The notes beneath the pieces are model-generated. The model had not been told where the DNA came from, did no database searches, and was given only the letters and a program-made list of their open reading frames with translations. DNA of 64,000 bases from Nitrosospira sp. (GTDB taxonomy: Bacteria > Pseudomonadota > Gammaproteobacteria > Burkholderiales > Nitrosomonadaceae). The DNA lies in assembly GCA_013821425.1 (NCBI GenBank), contig JACDGV010000006.1, positions 10,146 through 74,145 of the forward strand. The letters are read 5' to 3'. Below, one piece after another: positions 30,176 to 39,111 of the stretch (its first letter is position 1; each line of letters opens with the position of its first letter). Both the position numbers and the translations under genes were made by a program.

Positions 30176-31723
30176 ATGCGCAGGATGTCAGCCGGACCGG
30201 TAGCAGATATAGCCCTGTTACTGGAAGGTACCTACCCTTACGTCCGGGGAGGTGTGTCATCATGGGTGCACCAGATTATTGGCGGACTGCCGGACATCAG
30301 ATTCGCCGTCGTTTTTATCGGTGGCGAGCCCGAAATGTACGGCCTCCCGCAATATGAGTTCCCCTCCAACGTGACGCATGTCGAAACGCATTATCTGCTC
30401 CGTCAGGACAAGCATATCAAACCGGGTGCGCGCGCCGGCAATCAGACGGCTTTTGAAGAAATGGACGAGCTGCACGGGTACATGCGTAAGGGCGGAGAAA
30501 TGCCGCGAGGCCAAATCGCGGATGCATTTAGCCGTTTGGGTGCCGTTGGCGGTATCACCCAGGAAGACTTTCTGTATAGCAGGGCCTCCTGGGACTACAT
30601 TACCCGGCAGTATCGTCAGCGATGCACGGAGCCCTCCTTTGTTGACTACTTCTGGGCTGTACGCGCCATGCACGCGCCCCTGTTCGTATTGGCGCGGGTT
30701 GCCGCCGGTCTTCCGCCCGTACGCGCCGTGCATGCTATTTCGACTGGTTACGCCGGATTGCTGGGCGCAATGATACGGCTACGGCGCAATATCCCATTCG
30801 TGCTCACCGAGCACGGCATTTATACCAAGGAACGGAAAATCGACCTGGCACAGGCGACCTGGCTTCACGACCACAACGACGATGTGTGTAATACCTTGCA
30901 TGATGAAATGGGATACATACGGGGCCTCTGGATCAAGTTTTACGAACAGATTGGGCTTATGGCCTACGCGCAGGCATCGCCGATTGTCAGCCTCTACGAA
31001 GGTAACCGGGATAGACAGATAGCAGATGGAGCGGATCCGGAGAAAACCTGTGTCATTACAAACGGCATCGATCTCACACGTTATCGGGCCGCGTTTGAAA
31101 AACGTCCTGAGACGATCCCGCCCGTATTGGGACTGATAGGACGCGTCGTACCCATCAAGGACATCAAAACGTTCATTCGAACGTTAAGAATGCTGGTCAA
31201 AGAGCGGCCCGATGCGGAAGGATGGATTGTGGGCCCGGAAGATGAAGATCCGTCATACGTGTACGAATGCAAGGACCTCGCAGCGAGCCTAGGCTTGAAT
31301 GGACACATCAAATTCCTAGGCTTCCAGAACGTGGTGGAAATTCTCCCGCAACTGGGTCTAATGGTGCTGACCTCAATCAGCGAGGCGCTGCCTTTGGTAG
31401 TGCTGGAGGCATTTGCCAGCGGCGTGCCATGTCTTGCCACGGATGTAGGTTCGTGCCGCGAACTGATCGAAGGGAGGAGCGACGAAGACCGCGCGCTCGG
31501 TGCGGCAGGAAGCGTGGTCTTCATCGCCGACCCGGAGGGAACGGCGAGGGCGGCGCTGGAACTGCTCAATAACGGTGCGCGCTGGCGTGCCGCACAGCAA
31601 GCAGGGCTCGAGCGCGTGAAGCGTTACTATGACGACAAGCTGATGTTTTCTTCCTACCGGAATCTTTATTTGCAAGCGCTTGGATCAGAACAGGATCCGG
31701 CTGGGCAATCTATAAAGGTTTGA
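30176..31723 (+). CDS. pelF: PelF: GT4-family glycosyltransferase
   Basis: The track ORF starts at 30128, overlapping pelE. The conserved N-terminus VADIALLLEGTYPYVRGGVSSWVHQII follows M17 (30176). The C-terminal GT4 region is ...SISEALPLVVLEAFASGVPCLATDVGSCRELI. Confidence 0.93.
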   Translation: MRRMSAGPVADIALLLEGTYPYVRGGVSSWVHQIIGGLPDIRFAVVFIGGEPEMYGLPQYEFPSNVTHVETHYLLRQDKHIKPGARAGNQTAFEEMDELHGYMRKGGEMPRGQIADAFSRLGAVGGITQEDFLYSRASWDYITRQYRQRCTEPSFVDYFWAVRAMHAPLFVLARVAAGLPPVRAVHAISTGYAGLLGAMIRLRRNIPFVLTEHGIYTKERKIDLAQATWLHDHNDDVCNTLHDEMGYIRGLWIKFYEQIGLMAYAQASPIVSLYEGNRDRQIADGADPEKTCVITNGIDLTRYRAAFEKRPETIPPVLGLIGRVVPIKDIKTFIRTLRMLVKERPDAEGWIVGPEDEDPSYVYECKDLAASLGLNGHIKFLGFQNVVEILPQLGLMVLTSISEALPLVVLEAFASGVPCLATDVGSCRELIEGRSDEDRALGAAGSVVFIADPEGTARAALELLNNGARWRAAQQAGLERVKRYYDDKLMFSSYRNLYLQALGSEQDPAGQSIKV

Positions 31724-31724
31724 A

Positions 31725-33095
31725 ATGGCCGGCATAGGTTTCGAAATCCGCAAAATCCTGGAGCGCGACAGCTACTGGTCAGTATTGCGCGCATATAGCT
31801 ATGCCGGCCTGGTCAGCGGTGGGCCCTGGGTGCTTTCCATTCTCAGCATCATGCTGATCGGCATCCTTGCCGTCGCTCTCGGTTCCGCTCAGCAGGAGGT
31901 AAACGCCTTCCAGATTTGCGTGACGTATCTCATGGCCGGTTCGTTAATCTGGACCGGTGGCATGCAATTGATGTTCACGCGTTTCGTCGCCGATCGTACT
32001 TATGCAAATGACAGGGCCGAAGTACTGCCCAACCTGTTTGGTGTCCTGCTCGTTACGATGGGGGGCGGCTTTGCGTGGGCCGCTCCTTTCATTTTCTGGT
32101 TTTTCCCCGAACCATTTCTCTTGCAGTTACTGCTGCTGTGCAATTTTGTCGTACTGAGCGGAATGTGGGTAGCCCTGATCTTCTTATCGGGCATGAAAGC
32201 ATACCGGCGCATAGTCTGGACCTTTGCAAAAGGTTACTTGCTTGGCATCATGGTAGGGCTTTCGGCATCCCCCTGGGAATTAAAGGGTCTATTGCTGGGC
32301 GTGCTCACGGGGCACGGCTATCTTTTGTTTTCATTTTTGCGCCATATCGTGCGCGAAAACCCGGGGAGCGCCCTGCTTAAATTCGATTTTCTCGACCGCA
32401 GCCGGAGCTTTTACAGTTTGTTCGCGGTAGGTACCCTTTATTACCTGGCGATATGGATCGATAAATTCATCTTCTGGTTTGTGCCGCATACGTCGGAGGC
32501 GGTAATCGGTCCGCTACGGTCTTCGATTATTTACGATCTTCCCATTTTCCTGGCCTATCTGTTTATTCTGCCAGGCATGGCGGTATTTCTGGTGGCGATG
32601 GAAGCGGATTTTGCCGAGCAGCACGAGCGTTTCTACCGTGCCGTGCGGGAAGGTGACACGCTGATGCACATAGAACATAGGCGCGACCGGATGGTGTACG
32701 CTGCGCGGCAGGGAATCTACGAAATTTTCAAGGTGCAGGGTTTGACGGTCGCGCTTTGCCTGCTGTGGGGCAGGGACCTGTTGCACGCTGTGGGCATCTC
32801 CCCGCTATACATCCATTTGTTCTATATCGATGTCGTCGCAGTGAGCGTGCAGGTCTTGCTGATGGCGATACTCAACGTGCTATTTTATCTCGACGCCCGC
32901 CGCGAAGTGCTGATCATAACAGCATGTTTTTTTATTACGAACCTGCTGTTCACCTTCGCCACATTGGAGTTGGGGGCGGAAACTTTCGGTTATGGATTTG
33001 CCGTTTCGGTAACCCTATCCGCCTTTCTCGGGCTTTTCATCCTCTCGCGCAAATTCAATCGACTGGAGTACGAAACTTTCATGTTGCAGAATTAG
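31725..33095 (+). CDS. pelG: PelG: polytopic inner-membrane Pel export protein
   Basis: 456 aa, the same length as P. aeruginosa PelG. About 12 TM helices. It starts 1 nt after the pelF stop and is the last gene of the cluster. Confidence 0.9.
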   Translation: MAGIGFEIRKILERDSYWSVLRAYSYAGLVSGGPWVLSILSIMLIGILAVALGSAQQEVNAFQICVTYLMAGSLIWTGGMQLMFTRFVADRTYANDRAEVLPNLFGVLLVTMGGGFAWAAPFIFWFFPEPFLLQLLLLCNFVVLSGMWVALIFLSGMKAYRRIVWTFAKGYLLGIMVGLSASPWELKGLLLGVLTGHGYLLFSFLRHIVRENPGSALLKFDFLDRSRSFYSLFAVGTLYYLAIWIDKFIFWFVPHTSEAVIGPLRSSIIYDLPIFLAYLFILPGMAVFLVAMEADFAEQHERFYRAVREGDTLMHIEHRRDRMVYAARQGIYEIFKVQGLTVALCLLWGRDLLHAVGISPLYIHLFYIDVVAVSVQVLLMAILNVLFYLDARREVLIITACFFITNLLFTFATLELGAETFGYGFAVSVTLSAFLGLFILSRKFNRLEYETFMLQN

Positions 33096-33277
33096 ACCCA
33101 TGGGGAATGAGTGCGCAAGAAAATAGCAGGGGTGAGGTGCTGGCAAGAGTGATTAAATCACGCGGTGGGTGCCGTTGTAATCACAGGCGCGAAAGCATGG
33201 AACCGTGAAGAAATATTTGTTTGCACTCTGAAATTACCTCATGCGAAGCAAGAGTGACGTCAAATCTGGAGACTCCA

Positions 33278-34288
33278 ATGGGTTTATTGGTGAAAGGCAA
33301 GTGGATCGATGAGTGGTACGACACCAAATCGACCGGTGGCAGCTTCGTCCGTACCGGTGCCCAGTTTCGCAACTGGGTTACGGCCGACGGCAATCCTGGT
33401 CCAAGTGGAGAAGGCGGTTTTAGTGCCGAGGCGGGGCGCTATCATCTGTATGTATCGCTAGCTTGCCCATGGGCGCATCGCGCGCTGATTTTTCGCGTCC
33501 TAAAGGGGCTTGAGGACATGATCAGTGTCTCTGTCGTCAATCCCTACATGCGCGAACATGGGTGGACATTCGACAATGCGCCGGGCGTAGTGGCGGACCC
33601 TGTTTATCAGGCGCGTTATCTGCACGAAATCTATTGCGGGGCCGCACCGGAGTACAGCGGCCGGGTCACCGTGCCGGTACTGTGGGATCTGCGGCTGAAG
33701 ACAATCGTCAGCAACGAGTCATCGGAAATTATCCGCATGCTGAACTCCGCCTTTAATAGCATAGGCGCGTTGCAAGGGGACTATGCGCCACTTGCGCTGC
33801 TTCCCCAGATCGACGAAATCAACAAGCTTGTCTATGACAAAGTCAATAACGGAGTCTATAAGGCAGGTTTTGCCACCGATCAAGCTGTTTACGAAAGTGC
33901 CGTGACTGCCTTGTTCGAATGCCTGGATACGCTTGAGCAGCGTCTTGCCTGCCAGCGCTATCTTCTGGGACATCGCATCACCGAGGCGGATTGGCGGCTG
34001 TTCACCACGCTGATTCGATTCGATTCAGTGTATCACGGCCATTTCAAATGCAATCTCCGCCGTTTGATCGATTACCCTAACCTGTGGGATTTTACCCGGG
34101 AACTCTATCAATGGCCGGGGGTGGCGGCGACAGTCAACATGCGGCACATCAAGGAACACTATTACGGTAGCCACGATACCATCAATCCCAGCGGCATCGT
34201 CCCCGCGGGACCGCTCCTTAACCTGCATCAGCCTCACACCCGCGGGCCTGCAATCCGTGGTCAGGCGGGTATGAATGTGTCTGAATGA
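33278..34288 (+). CDS. yqjG: Glutathionyl-hydroquinone reductase (Xi-class GST, YqjG/ECM4 family)
   Basis: The track ORF starts at 33221. M20 (MGLLVKGKWIDEW) is preceded by GGAG. Diagnostic motif YHLYVSLACPWAHR. Confidence 0.92.
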   Translation: MGLLVKGKWIDEWYDTKSTGGSFVRTGAQFRNWVTADGNPGPSGEGGFSAEAGRYHLYVSLACPWAHRALIFRVLKGLEDMISVSVVNPYMREHGWTFDNAPGVVADPVYQARYLHEIYCGAAPEYSGRVTVPVLWDLRLKTIVSNESSEIIRMLNSAFNSIGALQGDYAPLALLPQIDEINKLVYDKVNNGVYKAGFATDQAVYESAVTALFECLDTLEQRLACQRYLLGHRITEADWRLFTTLIRFDSVYHGHFKCNLRRLIDYPNLWDFTRELYQWPGVAATVNMRHIKEHYYGSHDTINPSGIVPAGPLLNLHQPHTRGPAIRGQAGMNVSE

Positions 34289-34883
34289 TGTGCGAGCAAG
34301 AATTTCCGCCCTATTTGCAGATCGGCGCAGTTATTTCGCGGTTATTTGTGCCTTGCCCAAACCGGACCCCATGCGCCCCCTCCGCCTCCCCAATCTTCCA
34401 GGTCCGCCGAGCGGATCAGCAGCTTGCTGTAGAGCGGGAAAAGTTGCCTCGACCGTGTTTTGCGCATTACCGTGTCCACGCAGCCCGCCAGGAAATAGAG
34501 CAGATATGAACCGGTACAACCAATCATTTTTCGCATTGCAGTTCCTCAGCATTTGAATAGGACAGTAAGGGAAGATCCTCCGAAGAGTAACGATGGGCTG
34601 GTACGATATCACCACCGCCCAGCATTCTTTTTCGGGAGAAGTACTTTCTCCGGTTTACTATTACGCACAACTCGTGCCCGAATGCCTGAGTAATGCAGAT
34701 TTGCTAATTCCTGCTTATAAAACAGTAAGATGTATTGACGTTGGCGCTCCGCTTTGGGAAATTCCACCTGGCACTGTAAACATTCCCGTCAGTTCTTTGG
34801 CCGACGTCATTCCAAGCTGCTCCACCTGGCCGCCCTCCGCGAAGCCCGCACCTGGGTGCCGGCCTGGCAAAGCGCGCGGCGCT

Positions 34884-35150
34884 TCATCTTGCATAGCCCT
34901 GTTTGTGCGCTTCAATACACTTGAGGAAAACTAAACTTGAGGAAAACGCCCATCACTTCCCGGTAGAGCGCGTCCTTGAGTACGCCGCCTTCATTGCAGT
35001 CCTCTATATTCGGGTTATCGTTGACCTCGATCACATAGTAGCGTTTGCCTACCTGCTTGATGTCCCCCATAGAAGCCATCACCGATCAGATTGGCCGACT
35101 TGAGCGCAATCCTGCTACTTCCGTTGGCGCCTCCGTCGTGGGAGCAGGTT
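34884..35150 (-). pseudogene. C-terminal remnant of a RimK-type ATP-grasp ligase gene
   Basis: My own minus-strand translation gives ...IALKSANLIGDGFYG, a frame break at a G5 run (plus-strand C5 at 35064-35068), then VDIKQVGKRYYVIEVNDNPNIEDCNEGGVLKDALYREVMGVFLK. That is the conserved ATP-grasp C-terminus (GVD.K....yviEVNdnP). A 16-nt tandem duplication disrupts the tail. The roughly 200+ upstream codons are missing, because the cytochrome gene starts at 35318. Confidence 0.5.
34919..34947. repeat. Short tandem duplication ACTTGAGGAAAAC-TAA-ACTTGAGGAAAAC
   Basis: The 13-nt unit occurs twice with a 16-nt period, as read directly in the sequence. It lies inside the ATP-grasp remnant. Removing one copy restores a plausible C-terminus (...GVFLKCIEAHKQGYAR*). 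Confidence 0.65.
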
Positions 35151-35317
35151 GCGTGGCTCCTTCGCTCAACTTGCACCGCTGCTTGTCGCGCTTGCTGGCG
35201 AGCGGCTCCAGCGTGGATTCAATAAATTCGCTGAGTCTTGTCACAGCAGGAGCTGCAACTTTGGCAGGGCTGTGGCAGTCTCATCAGTGCGTTCCAGGGT
35301 AACTATAACGGCAAACC

Positions 35318-36055
35318 ATGAGACGACTTTTTTTTATGATGGCGGCAGTTATCGCAATTGCCGGGCCCGCTTACGCGGGAGGCGTTAATCGCGCCCTCGC
35401 CCCGGTAGATGTGCCGGATACGATGGCCGAGCGAATGAAACCCTGTGTGGCCTGCCATGGGCGAGAAGACCGAATGGGAAGGGACGCCTATTACCCCCGC
35501 ATAGCGGGCAAACCGGAAGGGTATCTCTTTAATCAGTTGCGCAACTTCAGGGATGGACATCGTTATTACCGGCCCATGGCCTTGTTGCTAGCAAACGTCA
35601 CGGATCGGTATCTGCTCGAAATGGCTGCATATTTTGCCGCGCTTGAACAGCCCTATCCGCCGCCCGAGCGTGTCGTTTCAACGCTCGCTGAAATCAAGCT
35701 GGCGGAAAAGCTAATCAATCATGGGGACACAGCAAGAAAAATACCTGCGTGCATCGAATGTCATGGCAAAGAGCTAATGGGCACCGCTCCTTTCGTTCCC
35801 GGTTTGTTGGGTTTGCCGCGCGTTTACATGAGCGCCCAGTTCGGAGCCTGGAGGAATGGCGGGTTGATGAGGGGGCAAACTCCCGACTGCATGTCCGAAA
35901 TTGCCAAGCTGCTCACGCCGGAAGAAACCAACGCGGTTGTCGCATGGCTTGCCGCACAGCCTGTTAGGGGAAAAATGGATCCGGCTGACAGGCTTTCCAT
36001 CGAGATGACGAAACGTTGCAGCAGCATTATTGAGCAAGCCAGGCTGCGGCCATAA
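35318..36055 (+). CDS. Di-haem c-type cytochrome (c4-like)
   Basis: 245-aa ORF. Signal peptide MRRLFFMMAAVIAIAGPAYA, and two CxxCH motifs (CVACHG, CIECHG). Confidence 0.9.
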   Translation: MRRLFFMMAAVIAIAGPAYAGGVNRALAPVDVPDTMAERMKPCVACHGREDRMGRDAYYPRIAGKPEGYLFNQLRNFRDGHRYYRPMALLLANVTDRYLLEMAAYFAALEQPYPPPERVVSTLAEIKLAEKLINHGDTARKIPACIECHGKELMGTAPFVPGLLGLPRVYMSAQFGAWRNGGLMRGQTPDCMSEIAKLLTPEETNAVVAWLAAQPVRGKMDPADRLSIEMTKRCSSIIEQARLRP

Positions 36056-36057
36056 CA

Positions 36058-37335
36058 ATGAACCTGGGCCTTCTTGCAGCCGTGCTCACTTGCCTTGCTG
36101 GTGCGGTTCTACTATCTGGACCGGTTGGCGCGGCCCCTCCAGAAAAGGAAACGAAGGTGGCGAAGACAGTGCTCACAGAGCAACGCCGGGGCCGAGGCGC
36201 ATATCTTGCGCGCCTGGCCAATTGCATGGGATGCCATACGGCGCAAGGCGGCCATTCCTATGCGGGCGGGCGAAGACTGTCTACGCCTTTCGGCACATTT
36301 ATCACTCCCAATATTACGCCGCATGAGGCAACTGGAATCGGGTACTGGAGCGAGGAGGATTTTTGGAAGGCGGTGCACGAGGGAAAATCGCGTGACGGGC
36401 GGCCTTTGTATCCCGCGTTTCCCTACACGGAGTACACGAAAATCACACGCGAAGACTCGGACGCTATTTTTGCCCACCTTCAGACGGTAGAGCCCGTTGC
36501 GCAACACAATCCCCCGAGCCAGATCAATTTTCCATACAATTTTCAGCCACTGTTAAGTGTGTGGCGCGCCATTTACTTCAAGCCCGGCGTTTATCAGCCG
36601 GAGCCAGGCAAAAGTGCCGAGTGGAACCGGGGCGCCTATCTGGTGCAGGGGCTTGGGCATTGCAACGCCTGTCACTCGGAACGGAATCCGCTGGGTGCTG
36701 CCGGCGGCGAAACATTGGGCGGCGGGCAGATCATGGGCTCCAACTGGTACGCGCCCTCTTTAACTTCCAGCCTGGAAGCCGGCTCCACGGGCTGGCCGCT
36801 GGAAGAAATTATCCAACTGCTCACCACGGGCGTGTCCGCGCGAGCGACAATGTCGGGTCCGATGGCGGAAGTCGTCAGCCAAAGTCTGCAGCATCTGAGC
36901 AAGGAGGATGCCCGCGCTATGGCGATTTATCTCAAATCGCTGCCCGAGAGCATTCCGCGTCCATCTACTGCCGCTCCCGCTCTCAATGAGGAAGTGCGAA
37001 ACGGGTTGCTACAGGGTAGCAAAATCTACAAAAAACATTGCGAGGATTGCCACGGAGCTTCGGGACAGGGTGCGCCGGGAATTTATCCGCCACTGGCGGG
37101 AAACCGCGCCGTTATCATGGATCCTCCCGTGAACACGATACGCAGCGTTCTCAATGGCGGTTACCCGCCTTCCACCACGGGTAATCCGCGCCCCTTCGGC
37201 ATGCCACCTTTCGCACAGGTTTTACGCGACGGCGAGATCGCCCTGGTCTTGTCTTATATCCGCAATGCCTGGGGTAATCGCGCCAGCCTGGTTACAGCGG
37301 CGCAAGTCGACAAAAGCCGGGAGGGCATACATTGA
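36058..37335 (+). CDS. Tri-haem c-type cytochrome (similar to cytochrome subunits of membrane-bound dehydrogenases)
   Basis: 425-aa ORF starting 2 nt after the previous stop. It has a signal/anchor segment and three CxxCH motifs (CMGCHT, CNACHS, CEDCHG). Confidence 0.9.
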   Translation: MNLGLLAAVLTCLAGAVLLSGPVGAAPPEKETKVAKTVLTEQRRGRGAYLARLANCMGCHTAQGGHSYAGGRRLSTPFGTFITPNITPHEATGIGYWSEEDFWKAVHEGKSRDGRPLYPAFPYTEYTKITREDSDAIFAHLQTVEPVAQHNPPSQINFPYNFQPLLSVWRAIYFKPGVYQPEPGKSAEWNRGAYLVQGLGHCNACHSERNPLGAAGGETLGGGQIMGSNWYAPSLTSSLEAGSTGWPLEEIIQLLTTGVSARATMSGPMAEVVSQSLQHLSKEDARAMAIYLKSLPESIPRPSTAAPALNEEVRNGLLQGSKIYKKHCEDCHGASGQGAPGIYPPLAGNRAVIMDPPVNTIRSVLNGGYPPSTTGNPRPFGMPPFAQVLRDGEIALVLSYIRNAWGNRASLVTAAQVDKSREGIH

Positions 37336-37404
37336 ATCCACATTTCGGCAAATGAAGCACTCTCGCATTACTGGAGGCAGAGCGCATACCCGGGTTTTGA
37401 AGTT

Positions 37405-37638
37405 TCAGAGCAAAGGCTCATCCGCCGGGTCTACGACAGGATCGCCCGGAGACGGGTCGGGATCATACGGGCGAGGGTCGACCGGTTTGTCGGGATCGAA
37501 TGGCTGAGGATCCTCCTTGGGCCTTTCGGGATCGATCGGGCGAGGGGGGTCTTGCCGTGGTTGGGGAACAGGGCCCGGGCGGGGAGTTGGAGGGGTATCC
37601 CCGGATTCGTCCGGACTGTCCTGTAAGTATTTTCTCAT
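37405..37638 (-). CDS. Small Pro/Asp-rich low-complexity protein (hypothetical)
   Basis: Internal M38 of track ORF 37405..37749 gives MRKYLQDSPDESGDTPPTPRPGPVPQPRQDPPRPIDPERPKEDPQPFDPDKPVDPRPYDPDPSPGDPVVDPADEPLL. The SD is weak, and the opposite-strand frames are also open here, so coding status is uncertain. Confidence 0.3.
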   Translation of the reverse strand: MRKYLQDSPDESGDTPPTPRPGPVPQPRQDPPRPIDPERPKEDPQPFDPDKPVDPRPYDPDPSPGDPVVDPADEPLL

Positions 37639-37755
37639 GGCGAAATTTTCTCGGGAAATTACTGGCAATTCCCCGCCTGAGAACGGGGAAGTGTTAGCTC
37701 TATCACTACTATTGATTTCATGGCGCAGGCGGCCCCTATGAATTGCCACCGGGTG

Positions 37756-38196
37756 TCAGCGTCGTTTCAGTTGGCCGCGTAACTCGCCGCCTTTATGGGC
37801 GTCACTGTGGATATTGACGTAAAGCTTGCCAGCCTGGTAGGCATCGTATTGCAGATCGGTCAACTTGGTATTGTCGGGGATCAACCATTCGTTATCGGAA
37901 GTCTTTTTGAGCGTTATAATATCCCCGCCATTTTCTCCGGGCGCCCCCTCGTGAATGTGCGCTGCAGTGCCCTTCATGTCGGAAGTCGTAATCTTGCCCT
38001 TGATCGATCTGTCGTTCTCGACCGTTATCGTGCCGCTGCCGGAGGCGGAAGTCTCGACCGGAGGTACCTCCTGGTCCCCGCTTAGCTTAACCTCAATATC
38101 GCCAGCTATCGCCAACCCTGAGCCTGCGGCCAGCGCGACTGCCAGCAACACAACAAAGGCCGGGGAAAATCGCAGTTTGGATAAAATCGTGCTCAT
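37756..38196 (-). CDS. CHRD domain-containing secreted protein
   Basis: Start at M7 (MSTILSKL), preceded by AGGAGG. It has a signal peptide and the CHRD hallmarks LSGDQEVPPV, AAHIHEGAPGENG, YVNIHSDAHKGGELRGQL. Confidence 0.88.
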   Translation of the reverse strand: MSTILSKLRFSPAFVVLLAVALAAGSGLAIAGDIEVKLSGDQEVPPVETSASGSGTITVENDRSIKGKITTSDMKGTAAHIHEGAPGENGGDIITLKKTSDNEWLIPDNTKLTDLQYDAYQAGKLYVNIHSDAHKGGELRGQLKRR

Positions 38197-38566
38197 CTGG
38201 ATACCTCCTTTCAATGGATAGACTTCTTCGGTTGGGTTATTTTTGGTTCGCGCACTGGCCCGCTTTATTCTTCACGAGGGCGGTTTGCGGGGTTGGCGCG
38301 AAGCCAATTACAATTTTAATGAGCCAGCAGTGATGGGTCCGTTCGGTAGCGTACGGAAGCTCGCGGTTCTCCCGGTTGTTGCTCATCTATCGACTCCCGC
38401 TTTGCCACGCGTCCAATGTCTCCGAGGTTTCTATTCTGGTTCCTGTGACAGGTTTTGCTGAAGGAGGGCAATCTACGCGTGAAAACTCTTCCACGCATCA
38501 CGTCGGGGGAAGCGACTCTGGCAGGAAGCGCCGTATACACCATTATTCCTGGCGGCTTATCTGCGG

Positions 38567-39052
38567 TTATTTGACGGGGATGGGATTGTCCCGTGCCACA
38601 GGAATAGCAGTAATGCTGTTTTGGGGACTCCCTTCTATCAGCCTGTCGGAATAAGTCATGTAGATCAGTGAATTGCGTCTCGAATCGACAACACGGACGA
38701 TATGCAGGCGCTTGAATAAAATAGACATGCGTTCGGTGAACACATCTTCTTGCCGGGGGAGTTCTTCAGCAAAATGCAGTGATTGGGCGACTTGCCGGCA
38801 CGCAATGGAGGCCTCCGCTCTATCCTCCGCCAAGCCCACCGTACCCTTTATCCCCCCCGTCCTTGCACGGGAAACATAGCAGGTGACGCCGTGCACCTTG
38901 GGGTCGTCATACGCTTCTATCACTACGCGGTCATCCCTTCCCAGCCATCGGAAAGCGGTATCCACTTCACCGACAAGTTCAGCTTTTACTGGCGCGTAGA
39001 GCATAGTGAACAACAGTGCTGTTCCTAGAACATTGGATTTGATTCCCACCAT
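38567..39052 (-). CDS. creA: CreA family protein
   Basis: The track ORF extends to 39181. M44 (MVGIKSNVLG..., a signal peptide) is preceded by AAGGAA. There is strong recalled similarity to E. coli CreA (VTCYVSRARTGGIKG..., ...YMTYSDRLIEGSPQNSI). Confidence 0.88.
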   Translation of the reverse strand: MVGIKSNVLGTALLFTMLYAPVKAELVGEVDTAFRWLGRDDRVVIEAYDDPKVHGVTCYVSRARTGGIKGTVGLAEDRAEASIACRQVAQSLHFAEELPRQEDVFTERMSILFKRLHIVRVVDSRRNSLIYMTYSDRLIEGSPQNSITAIPVARDNPIPVK

Positions 39053-39111
39053 CTGGCATTCCTTTCGAGTTAAGTTTGAACGAGCATACACACGGGCTCG
39101 CACCTTTCCGG

